Positions 1 to 7,561 of a DNA stretch of 18,657 bases are shown piece after piece; the first letter of the stretch is position 1; each line of letters starts with the position of its first letter. The translations under genes were made by a program, and so were the position numbers. Source of the stretch: Armatimonadota bacterium (GTDB lineage: Bacteria > Armatimonadota > Fimbriimonadia > Fimbriimonadales > GBS-DC); the NCBI GenBank assembly GCA_037445735.1, contig JBBIJY010000036.1, positions 1 through 18,657 on the forward strand, given 5' to 3'. Below the pieces are notes generated by a model that saw only the letters and a list, made by a program, of their open reading frames with translations, made no database searches and had not been told where the DNA came from.

Positions 1-93
1 CATCAGGATTGGCTCCAGTTGCTGGCGGAGGGTGGGGTTGGCGTAGCCGAGCCAGTTCGTCTGACGGTGCGCCCCGGCTCGTTTGTGGGATAG
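1..93 (+). CDS. Probable 3' end of an upstream gene (partial, unidentified)
   Basis: Frame 1 is open from base 1 (HQDWLQLLAEGGVGVAEPVRLTVRPGSFVG) to TAG at 91-93, followed by a small hairpin CGCCC-TTCT-GGGCG (101-114). Too short to identify. Confidence 0.4.
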   Translation, partial: HQDWLQLLAEGGVGVAEPVRLTVRPGSFVG

Positions 94-128
94 CCGTATT
101 CGCCCTTCTGGGCGGTCTCTAATACCCT

Positions 129-144
129 GCCTGAGGTATAATTT
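129..144 (+). promoter_or_regulatory. Sigma70-type -10 element of purS (probably leaderless transcript)
   Basis: Perfect TATAAT at 137-142, only 6 nt before the ATG at 149; no Shine-Dalgarno sequence. Confidence 0.65.
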
Positions 145-148
145 GAGC

Positions 149-391
149 ATGCCAAAAGCGCGAATCTATATCACTCTGAAGCCGACGCTGCTGGATGCGC
201 AGGGGCGCACGATTCAGAACGCCCTGCATCAGCTGGGTTTTGAGGCGGTGCAGAGCGTGCGCGTGGGCAAATATCTGGAGATTGAGCTGGCGCCCGATGG
301 CGACCCGCGCGCCCAGATCGAGGCGATGTGCCAGCAACTGCTTGCCAACCCCGTGATTGAGCAGTACCGCTACGAGGTGGTCGACGAATGA
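149..391 (+). CDS. purS: Phosphoribosylformylglycinamidine synthase subunit PurS
   Basis: 80 aa from ATG 149: [12 protein letters not shown]...VRVGKYLEI...[14 protein letters not shown] matches PurS motifs; ATGA overlap with purQ. Confidence 0.96.
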   Translation: MPKARIYITLKPTLLDAQGRTIQNALHQLGFEAVQSVRVGKYLEIELAPDGDPRAQIEAMCQQLLANPVIEQYRYEVVDE

Positions 392-1062
392 GAGCTGCAG
401 TGGTGGTCTTTCCCGGCTCCAACTGCGATCGGGACGCTTATTATGCCCTGCGCGATGTGCTGGGCTATTCGGTGGATTACCTCTGGCACGCCGAGCCGCG
501 CCTCGACAGCTACGATCTGGTAGTTCTGCCTGGCGGCTTCTCGTATGGCGACTATTTGCGTCCCGGCGCGATTGCCCGCTTCGCACCGATTATGGATGCC
601 GTTCGTGCCTATGCAGAGCGGGGTGGGCGCGTGATTGGCATCTGCAACGGCTTCCAAATTCTGTGCGAGGCGGGGCTGCTGCCCGGCGCACTCACGCGCA
701 ATATCGGGCTGAAGTTCATCTGCAAGCATGTGTATGTGCGCGTGGAGAACAACCAGACGCCCTTCACGCGCCTGTTCCGTAAGGGCGAGGTGTTGCACCT
801 GCCGATTGCGCACGGCGACGGACGCTACCTGTGTGATGAGGAGACGCTGCGTCGAATGGAGGCGCGCGGGCAAATTATCTTTCGCTACTGCGCTCCCGAC
901 GGCTCCCTCGATGAAGCATGGAACCCCAACGGCTCGCTTGAAGCCATTGCAGGCGTGGCGAACGAGAACTTTAATGTGATAGGGCTGATGCCGCACCCGG
1001 AACGCGCCTGCGAGGCGCTGCTGGGCAGCACCGACGGGCGCCGCATCCTCGCCTTACAATAA
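388..1062 (+). CDS. purQ: Phosphoribosylformylglycinamidine synthase subunit PurQ (glutamine amidotransferase)
   Basis: [31 protein letters not shown] (catalytic Cys), [22 protein letters not shown] (His-Glu). Confidence 0.98.
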   Translation: MRAAVVVFPGSNCDRDAYYALRDVLGYSVDYLWHAEPRLDSYDLVVLPGGFSYGDYLRPGAIARFAPIMDAVRAYAERGGRVIGICNGFQILCEAGLLPGALTRNIGLKFICKHVYVRVENNQTPFTRLFRKGEVLHLPIAHGDGRYLCDEETLRRMEARGQIIFRYCAPDGSLDEAWNPNGSLEAIAGVANENFNVIGLMPHPERACEALLGSTDGRRILALQ

Positions 1063-1071
1063 CCGCCCCCC

Positions 1072-1101
1072 TTGCAAAACCCTATAAAAATAGGGTATAA
1101 C
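1072..1101 (+). promoter_or_regulatory. Promoter of the prepilin-like gene with a palindromic operator in the spacer
   Basis: TTGCAA (1072-1077), 18 nt, TATAAC (1096-1101); perfect inverted repeat ACCCTAT-AAAA-ATAGGGT (1079-1096). Confidence 0.65.
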
Positions 1102-1122
1102 GCCAGTTACTGAGGTGCGGCG

Positions 1123-1920
1123 ATGCAACACAAAGGGTTTACTTTGATAGAGCTGCTGGTCGTTATCGCGATCATCGCCATTCTGGCGGCGATCCTGTTC
1201 CCGGTGTTCGCGCAGGCGCGCGAGTCGGCGCGCAAGACCCAGTGTTTGAGCAACACGCGCCAGATTGGTCTGGGCGTGATGCAGTATGTCCAGGACTACG
1301 ATGAGCTTTTCTTCCCCAGCCCCTGGCCAGGCGGTTGTGTAGAAACGGGCTACTTCACGAACAATCCGCTTCACCCGCGCCAGCACTGGGCGACGGTGAT
1401 CTACCCCTATGTGAAGAACGGCGGCGTGTTCGACTGTCCCAGCTATTCTGGCACGACCTATATCGCGGCGTACGCGCTGTGGGAGTGCGGGCGCGGTGCC
1501 AACAGCCCCCGAATCGTGCCGTTTGTGGAGTACGGCATCAACGAGGTCCTCTTCGGCAACATGGACAGCAGTGGGCGACCGATTCCAACCGCGCTGGCGA
1601 AACTGCAGGAGGCTGCCAGCATCGGTATCATCGTCGACAACAACTACATTTTCAGCTGGCGTGTCTGCCTGGTGGGTCCTGCTGACCCTCAGAACTTCCG
1701 CAAGTACTGGCCAGAGGGGCGCAACGGCTGGGAGTTCTATCAGGGCAATCCGCGCCACCAGCGCGGGATGAACTTCGTCTACGCCGATGGGCACTCCAAG
1801 TGGGCGCGTTCAACCGACACGCCAGGCAATCGCCCTGATTATGAGAAGGGCTACTATCCTGTGTTGATGAGCGATGGCAGGTTCGCCACGCAAGCGGCGT
1901 GCGAGCAGTCGCCCGATTAG
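1123..1920 (+). CDS. Prepilin-type N-terminal cleavage/methylation protein with DUF1559 and H-X9-DG motif
   Basis: [34 protein letters not shown]...CLSN..QIGLG..QY.QDYDE; C-terminal [20 protein letters not shown] upstream. Confidence 0.93.
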   Translation: MQHKGFTLIELLVVIAIIAILAAILFPVFAQARESARKTQCLSNTRQIGLGVMQYVQDYDELFFPSPWPGGCVETGYFTNNPLHPRQHWATVIYPYVKNGGVFDCPSYSGTTYIAAYALWECGRGANSPRIVPFVEYGINEVLFGNMDSSGRPIPTALAKLQEAASIGIIVDNNYIFSWRVCLVGPADPQNFRKYWPEGRNGWEFYQGNPRHQRGMNFVYADGHSKWARSTDTPGNRPDYEKGYYPVLMSDGRFATQAACEQSPD

Positions 1921-1931
1921 GAGGTGCGGTG

Positions 1932-2138
1932 ATGAAGCAGGAGGTTCCAACATGGCTGGCAGTGGCGATTATTGTCGCGATTCTGGTGGTGGCGGGCTTT
2001 TTCCTCTACCGCTCCTTCACAGCGGGCGGCGTGCAGGGCACGGGTCGCCCCGGCGAAGTGCAGGCGGCGCCACCTGTGCCGGGCGGCGGCGCGCCCCCAC
2101 GCCCCACCACCGCACCCGCTCCATCGGGATACCGCTAA
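1932..2138 (+). CDS. Small single-pass membrane protein with Pro/Gly-rich tail (partner of the prepilin-like gene)
   Basis: MKQEVPTWLAVAIIVAILVVAGFFLYRSF (one TM helix) then a Pro/Gly-rich tail; SD AGGAGGT overlaps the upstream TAG stop. Confidence 0.8.
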   Translation: MKQEVPTWLAVAIIVAILVVAGFFLYRSFTAGGVQGTGRPGEVQAAPPVPGGGAPPRPTTAPAPSGYR

Positions 2139-2145
2139 CCTGAAT

Positions 2146-2210
2146 CCCTCTCCCCAGCAGGCAAAGAGAATGGCTTTTACCCTTGCTGGGGAGAGGGCAC
2201 GGATGAGGGG
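2146..2210. repeat. REP-like palindromic element / bidirectional terminator between convergent genes
   Basis: Perfect 14-bp stem CCCTCTCCCCAGCA (2146-2159) / TGCTGGGGAGAGGG (2184-2197) followed by CACGGATGAGGGG; related copy at 14779-14823. Confidence 0.75.
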
Positions 2211-2213
2211 ATA

Positions 2214-3110
2214 TTACCGACATTTTCGCCACACGAGTCTGGCGACGGCAACAGCGGGACGCATCACGGGCGGGCACAATCGCGCGTTCGGGAACGCCGC
2301 ACGAAAGCATTGCTCAAAGCGCTGTCGGAAAGGCGTCCGCCCGCGAAACATGCCGCCCGTGATTGCCACCCGCAGCGGCTCATCGGGCGCGAACAGCCCC
2401 CGCGCGCAGGCAATCGCGTCGTGCGCCAGCACTGCCGCCGCATGCTCCAGAATCGCCCTCGCGCGTTCATCGCCGCGACGGGCGACCCGCACCACCTGCG
2501 CCGCGAAGCCCGCCAGCTGATGACGCGGCACGCCTCGCTGATAAAAGAGCGGCACCAGCTCGTCGAGGCGCCGCACCCTGAAATAGCGCTGCACCGCCTG
2601 CACCAGTTGCGTGTCGGGGTCGCGTCCGTCCCATGCGCGCACGGCTGCCCGCACCGCCTGCAACGCCACATCGTACGCGCTGCCCTCATCGCCCAGCAGC
2701 GCGCCCCAGCCCCCCACCGTGCGCACAAGCGAATCGTCCACAAACGCGGCGATCAGCGAACCTGTGCCCGCAATCACCGCCAGACCGTGCGCATAGAGCG
2801 GTCCCGTGCTGGCGAACGCCATGCGCGCCTCCTCGATGGCAATCGCGCGGGGGTTGCCCAGCCGCTGCAGAAGCCACTCCCAGTTCGCCCGCGAGCCAGC
2901 CACCGTGTAGCCCAGCATCAGTACCGGTTCGCTGATGCCCTGCAGTGCGCCCTCTAACGCCGTCTCGAACGATTCGCGCTGAACCGCCTCGCTGACAAAG
3001 TTCAGATTGGCAGGTCCGCCCTCCGCATAGGCAAGCAACCTGCCATTCTCATCCAGCACGGCACAGCCCGTCTTCGTGCCCCCACCTTCCAAGCCAACGA
3101 TAATTCCCAC
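2214..3110 (-). CDS. BadF/BadG/BcrA/BcrD-family ATPase, N-acetylglucosamine-kinase-like sugar kinase
   Basis: GLEGGGTKT, GGPANL, VIAGTGS, VGGWGALLGDEGSAY, ITGGMF (ASKHA sugar-kinase motifs); GTG start. Confidence 0.9.
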   Translation of the reverse strand: MGIIVGLEGGGTKTGCAVLDENGRLLAYAEGGPANLNFVSEAVQRESFETALEGALQGISEPVLMLGYTVAGSRANWEWLLQRLGNPRAIAIEEARMAFASTGPLYAHGLAVIAGTGSLIAAFVDDSLVRTVGGWGALLGDEGSAYDVALQAVRAAVRAWDGRDPDTQLVQAVQRYFRVRRLDELVPLFYQRGVPRHQLAGFAAQVVRVARRGDERARAILEHAAAVLAHDAIACARGLFAPDEPLRVAITGGMFRGRTPFRQRFEQCFRAAFPNARLCPPVMRPAVAVARLVWRKCR

Positions 3111-3193
3111 AGGTAGCGCTCACGCTGTCCATTAAGGTAGTTGTGTGTCCGGCGCGCCAATTTAAGAGACAAATATGTATCATTTGATTAATA

Positions 3194-6136
3194 TCAACAG
3201 CCATTACCAAAATTATACAAAACAATCAATAGATCGTTATCATCCACGATACCATCGTTGTTTAGATCGGCAAGTCCGTCAGAACGACCGAAATTGAACA
3301 GAACGGACAGGAGATCCGCGTCATTCACACAGCCGTCCAGATTCACATCCCCATCAGTGCGACCATAGGGGTTCGGATACAAAACACTGCGTTCGTACGT
3401 GTTGAACAGAATCCACCGATCATCCCCAGAGGCATATACCTTCCGGTTAGACCAAGGCGGCACTGGCGACTGGCTTGTATCGAAAGACGCTATCGTGCGC
3501 ATAGACGGGAATGCTATCAGGTGGTATTGATAGCCAATCGAGTCACTTTGTGCAACCACAGCAAAACGCCCATCAAAATAGTCAACTGTGTACTGTCGCG
3601 GAAAGGAACTCACCAGATTGCCTGTCTGTACATCGTAGACCTGATAGCCGCTCAACAGATAACGCGAGTCACGGGAGTATCTGGCGGAGGGTAGATAGAG
3701 CGTTCGGCTCCAGAGTGGCTGATTGGTTCGCGTGTCATACATCCAGCAGACGCCCGAAGCAAGCTCGATGAGGGCGTAATTTCCATCGGGCGAGAACAAC
3801 ACGCCTCGAATGTCTGACAGCCCTGTGTCGCTGGCGCTCCAGAGAGTCTCTCCTGTAATCCAGTTGTACAGCTGTCTGTTGCGTACCAACAGGTCAAACC
3901 GATTCTCGATAAGGGAGGTATTAGGTGCATACTCTCCTGCTACGAACCGTAGTGTCGGCCATTCATAGGCGTACCAGTAGGGTTGGTTGCTGTAATGACC
4001 CAAGGTCAAAAGGTAGCCCCCCCCAACAACGCCGTTGCCAGCGCCGGGCCCACTCCCAAACTCATGCACAAAAATTGCAATTCGCTGGTAGTCCCACGAC
4101 TCGGAGTTTGCATGCCAGAGAACCCCTCCTATATCCCTTGTGAAAATAACCTGGTCGGCGTCAGCAAATAGAGCCGCGTATGCAGGCACCGAAATGGCAC
4201 TGATTCCTTGCGAAGGGGCACTGGCAGGATGATACACAAGCTCCGATCGTCCAAGTAGGTTTGCAAAAAGGGTAATCCAGCCATTAGGGATACGCCAGAA
4301 AGCACTATTGTACGGGTTTTGCAGAGGAACCCTGCGCACAACGCGAGCAGTTTCTGCATCAATGATGAACACAGTTCCCAAAGATAACACATGAAACTCG
4401 TTGTTGGCAGCGTATGAGTCTAAAACTGTAGGAATACGCTGTGTACCAGCAACAGGGTCATATTGATAATAGTTTTCTATAAGCAACGCATTTAATTGTT
4501 CCATCGTAGGGTATCGAAAGACCAGAAGGGTACACCAGTTTGAACTATCTACTCTGTTGACGGCAATGTAGTTGTTGTCCGGAGTCACAGCCGCGTTTGT
4601 GAACTGACCACCGCTACGATATAGCAAATGGGTTTCCAGCGATTCAATATCAATGCTTATTAATTCAGCACCATTAAAAATCGTGCGAAGGGCAAGAATT
4701 TTGTTATCTGGGGTGATACAAACCAGCTTCAATCCAAAGGCTACAACCTGATGCTGCCATGCCTCCGTACCATCGCTGTGTATTCGGTATAGCCTCGTTC
4801 CTATATTCAAAATTAGCCCACTGCCATCAGGCAGAAAGAGGGCTGTTGGGTGTGAAGAAGATGTAGAGTAGGTGCGCGTCCAGAGCTCTTGACCTGTGTT
4901 CAAATCGATGAAGTGGAAGCGTCCATTGCTTGAGAGTGTTAGCGCTCTCTGGGCATCGTCGGAAATCCCAATAGGTATCATAGGGGTGCTGACAGGCAGT
5001 TGCCGTACCTCAACAAAATCGCTCAGACGGTACAAAGACAGCATCCAGCGGAGACTGGAATGATACTTCGGCACAATCATCCATTCTCGATTGGGCGATA
5101 GCAAGGCATCCCCGAAAAACCGTCGTTCTTGGGAGATGATGTCAGGGTAAGTCGTTGCGCTAAGCCCTTCAATGTCGACCATATGCACCCCATATTGGTG
5201 CGTCGCCACAAGGCGTTGAGTGCCCGGTTGGATCACAATTCTTCTTGCAAAGAATCCCGTCGCGATACTGCGTTCCAGAATCCCATCGGTAAAAACCCCG
5301 ATTCCGTAACCCGCACTGGCAAGTAAAGTCTGGTCAGACAGCCACGCAAGCGCTATGCTGTACGCAGCTCCACCACCCTGAAGGAGCTGTGTCGCTCCGC
5401 TCTGCAAATCCAGCATCAATACGCGGCCTGCATTGACAGCCCGACGATCCCAAGCATAAATCGCCATATAGCGTCCCGACGGAGAGGTAGACAAATCTAT
5501 GGGCAGAGTGTCTGAATCCCCAAACGCGAACTGATTCTCTACGATTCCATCAGCCAGGCGGATCACAAATGCCTGAGGCAAGCCAAAATCTTGCGGAGCA
5601 ACTATAACCACAGCACGCTGTTCGTCAGGAGTAAAACAGACCTTGGGATATATTAATATAGAGTTATAGTTTACATACACATTTTCATATAAATAAGTAT
5701 ATGATCTTCCATCGAACAGATTGATAAAGTTGGCATATCTGCTTGTTTGACTACCACCTCCCAGCACAAGCCAGTTTCCTGATGGCGAAAATGCTATAAA
5801 TCTAAGAGCGGATTGAATCTGATAAATAAGGCGTGATGTATCGATTTCATAAACCGCATATCCTCCTCCACCCTGAACAACAACCACGGAGCCGTTGGTT
5901 GCCACGAAAGACGATGCGTTAAAGTTTTCGGGTATCAAAGTGCGGACAACCTTTCTCTGGAGCATATCGTAAACCGCCAGAAACTGGTTACGCATCAATA
6001 CCAGATGGCGTCCGTCCGGCTGAAATGCCATTTCGGTGGGAACGAAGTGAAGTAAGATTGTGCGCACAGGGATGCGGTCGCTGGCAACCCCTGTATACAC
6101 AACCATCACTGCTAAAAGCACGCTGACTATGCGCAT
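3194..6136 (-). CDS. Secreted 980-aa WD40/YVTN-like multi-beta-propeller protein with C-terminal dockerin-like Ca-binding repeat
   Basis: Hydrophobic signal peptide; many blade motifs (AFQPDGRHL, AFSPSGNWL, FTPDEQRA, STSPSGRYM, VTPDNNYI, FSPDGNYAL); C-terminal GDVNLDGCVNDADLLSVLFNFG...DLNNDGIVDDNDLLIVLYNFG; SD GGAGG. Confidence 0.85.
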   Translation of the reverse strand: MRIVSVLLAVMVVYTGVASDRIPVRTILLHFVPTEMAFQPDGRHLVLMRNQFLAVYDMLQRKVVRTLIPENFNASSFVATNGSVVVVQGGGGYAVYEIDTSRLIYQIQSALRFIAFSPSGNWLVLGGGSQTSRYANFINLFDGRSYTYLYENVYVNYNSILIYPKVCFTPDEQRAVVIVAPQDFGLPQAFVIRLADGIVENQFAFGDSDTLPIDLSTSPSGRYMAIYAWDRRAVNAGRVLMLDLQSGATQLLQGGGAAYSIALAWLSDQTLLASAGYGIGVFTDGILERSIATGFFARRIVIQPGTQRLVATHQYGVHMVDIEGLSATTYPDIISQERRFFGDALLSPNREWMIVPKYHSSLRWMLSLYRLSDFVEVRQLPVSTPMIPIGISDDAQRALTLSSNGRFHFIDLNTGQELWTRTYSTSSSHPTALFLPDGSGLILNIGTRLYRIHSDGTEAWQHQVVAFGLKLVCITPDNKILALRTIFNGAELISIDIESLETHLLYRSGGQFTNAAVTPDNNYIAVNRVDSSNWCTLLVFRYPTMEQLNALLIENYYQYDPVAGTQRIPTVLDSYAANNEFHVLSLGTVFIIDAETARVVRRVPLQNPYNSAFWRIPNGWITLFANLLGRSELVYHPASAPSQGISAISVPAYAALFADADQVIFTRDIGGVLWHANSESWDYQRIAIFVHEFGSGPGAGNGVVGGGYLLTLGHYSNQPYWYAYEWPTLRFVAGEYAPNTSLIENRFDLLVRNRQLYNWITGETLWSASDTGLSDIRGVLFSPDGNYALIELASGVCWMYDTRTNQPLWSRTLYLPSARYSRDSRYLLSGYQVYDVQTGNLVSSFPRQYTVDYFDGRFAVVAQSDSIGYQYHLIAFPSMRTIASFDTSQSPVPPWSNRKVYASGDDRWILFNTYERSVLYPNPYGRTDGDVNLDGCVNDADLLSVLFNFGRSDGLADLNNDGIVDDNDLLIVLYNFGNGC

Positions 6137-6226
6137 GGCTGTCCTCCCACTATGTCGTCGCTCGTAACCTTAGGATACTCCTCCTGATTGTCGATTCCTG
6201 CCTCATACGCCTGCTGCATACTACCG

Positions 6227-6242
6227 AAAGTATACCTCAGGC
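6227..6242 (-). promoter_or_regulatory. Putative -10 promoter element for the beta-propeller gene
   Basis: Minus strand GCCTGAGGTATACTTT, with TATACT at 6234-6229; 15/16 identical to the purS promoter segment 129-144. Confidence 0.5.
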
Positions 6243-6243
6243 T

Positions 6244-7557
6244 CTATCGCCAGCGGCGGTATTCGGCGGCGACGCGCTGCTGCACATCGCGCAGCGCCTG
6301 TTCGGGCGCCTTGTTGCCGCTGATGATGAAGTCCTGCGCGGTTGCAAGTTCGTGCAGGTAGAGCGTGGCGACAGGCGTGGTGGGGAAGAAGCGGGCGTTG
6401 GGGCTGTCCACCAGGTCCAGAAACTTCGCATAGCCGCGCTTCCAGATTTCATCGGGCGAGCGGGGCGTGCGCAGGCGCGGGTTGCGCAGCACACACCGAA
6501 TGTTGGGGATGCCGTGCATCGTCTCGGCGAACAGCACCTGCGCCTCCTCGCTCTGCATCCAGACAAAAAAGTGCCACGCCTCGCGCGGATGCTTCGATTC
6601 ACGCGGGATGCAGAACATGTTCTGCCCGATCCAGGTGGGGCGCTGCAGATGTGGCTTATCCGCGGGATAGGGGATGGGCGCCACATCGTAGGGCACATGG
6701 GGCGCGTACTTCTGGAACCAGTAGGGATTCCACTGCCCGTTGATCATCATGGCGATTTTGCCGAGAAAGAAGGGGTTGTTTGTGCCCTGTTCGTTGCCGA
6801 AGCCGGCGGTGAACGCCTGCACGCGCCGCCCGCCGCCCATCGCCTCGATCAGCGCCCGATAATAGCGTGCCGCCTCCAGATTCACGGGATGGTCGGCGGT
6901 GATGGCGCCCGTTTGCGGGTCCACAAACTGTCCACCGAACGCGCCGATAATGAAGGTGAGTTCAGGCGGGCGCATGCCCAGCACACGAATCTCGCCCGTC
7001 GAATCGCGCAGGGTCAGCTGGCGGGCGTACGCCAGCATCTCTTCTAAAGTGCGTGGCGGACGATGGGGCGGCAAGCCTGCCCGGCGAAACAGCGACGGGT
7101 TCCAGAAGAGCGCCTGCGCATCCAGCAGATAGGGCATCGAGTAGAGCCGACCCTGATAGCGTCCCTGCTCCAGCGCGGCGGGGATAAAGTCCGATTGGCG
7201 CAGCCCCGATTCGCGGAACCACGCATCCAGAGGCAGCAGCGCGTTATTGGCAGCGAGCGGTGCCAGATAGCCTGGCTCACGCAGGGTGAAAAAGTCGGGC
7301 GGTGCGCCCGCCACAATCGCGCGGATGATTTTGGTGTCCTCGACGGCTCCCAGATTCTCAAGGTAGAGGGGCGGGTTCAGGCGCGGCGCCACATGGCGGT
7401 TGAAATAGTCCACCACGCCCTGAAACACGCGCTCCTCGTCGCCGCTCCACATGCTCCACACCCGCAGGATGGTGCGCCCGTCGCGCTTCTCGATGCGCCC
7501 TGCGCACCCGCTCAGCACCATCGCCAGCCCAACACCCGCCTGCCAGCCGATTCGCAT
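6244..7557 (-). CDS. Carbohydrate ABC transporter substrate-binding lipoprotein (family 1, CUT1 type)
   Basis: Lipobox VLSG|C; AIVAGAPPD, YQGRLYSMP, LFWNPSLFRRAGL, PPRTLEE, FFLGKIAMMINGQW, SKHPREAWHF. Confidence 0.92.
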   Translation of the reverse strand: MRIGWQAGVGLAMVLSGCAGRIEKRDGRTILRVWSMWSGDEERVFQGVVDYFNRHVAPRLNPPLYLENLGAVEDTKIIRAIVAGAPPDFFTLREPGYLAPLAANNALLPLDAWFRESGLRQSDFIPAALEQGRYQGRLYSMPYLLDAQALFWNPSLFRRAGLPPHRPPRTLEEMLAYARQLTLRDSTGEIRVLGMRPPELTFIIGAFGGQFVDPQTGAITADHPVNLEAARYYRALIEAMGGGRRVQAFTAGFGNEQGTNNPFFLGKIAMMINGQWNPYWFQKYAPHVPYDVAPIPYPADKPHLQRPTWIGQNMFCIPRESKHPREAWHFFVWMQSEEAQVLFAETMHGIPNIRCVLRNPRLRTPRSPDEIWKRGYAKFLDLVDSPNARFFPTTPVATLYLHELATAQDFIISGNKAPEQALRDVQQRVAAEYRRWR

Positions 7558-7561
7558 CCAT

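Noticed and set aside
1054-1794. 246-aa minus-strand ORF
   Set aside because: Antisense shadow of the prepilin-like gene.
3111-3193. Target-site duplication or att site at the edge of the AT-rich gene (AGGTAG twice)
   Set aside because: Both 6-mers lie on the same side; I found no matching repeat at the other junction and no recombinase.
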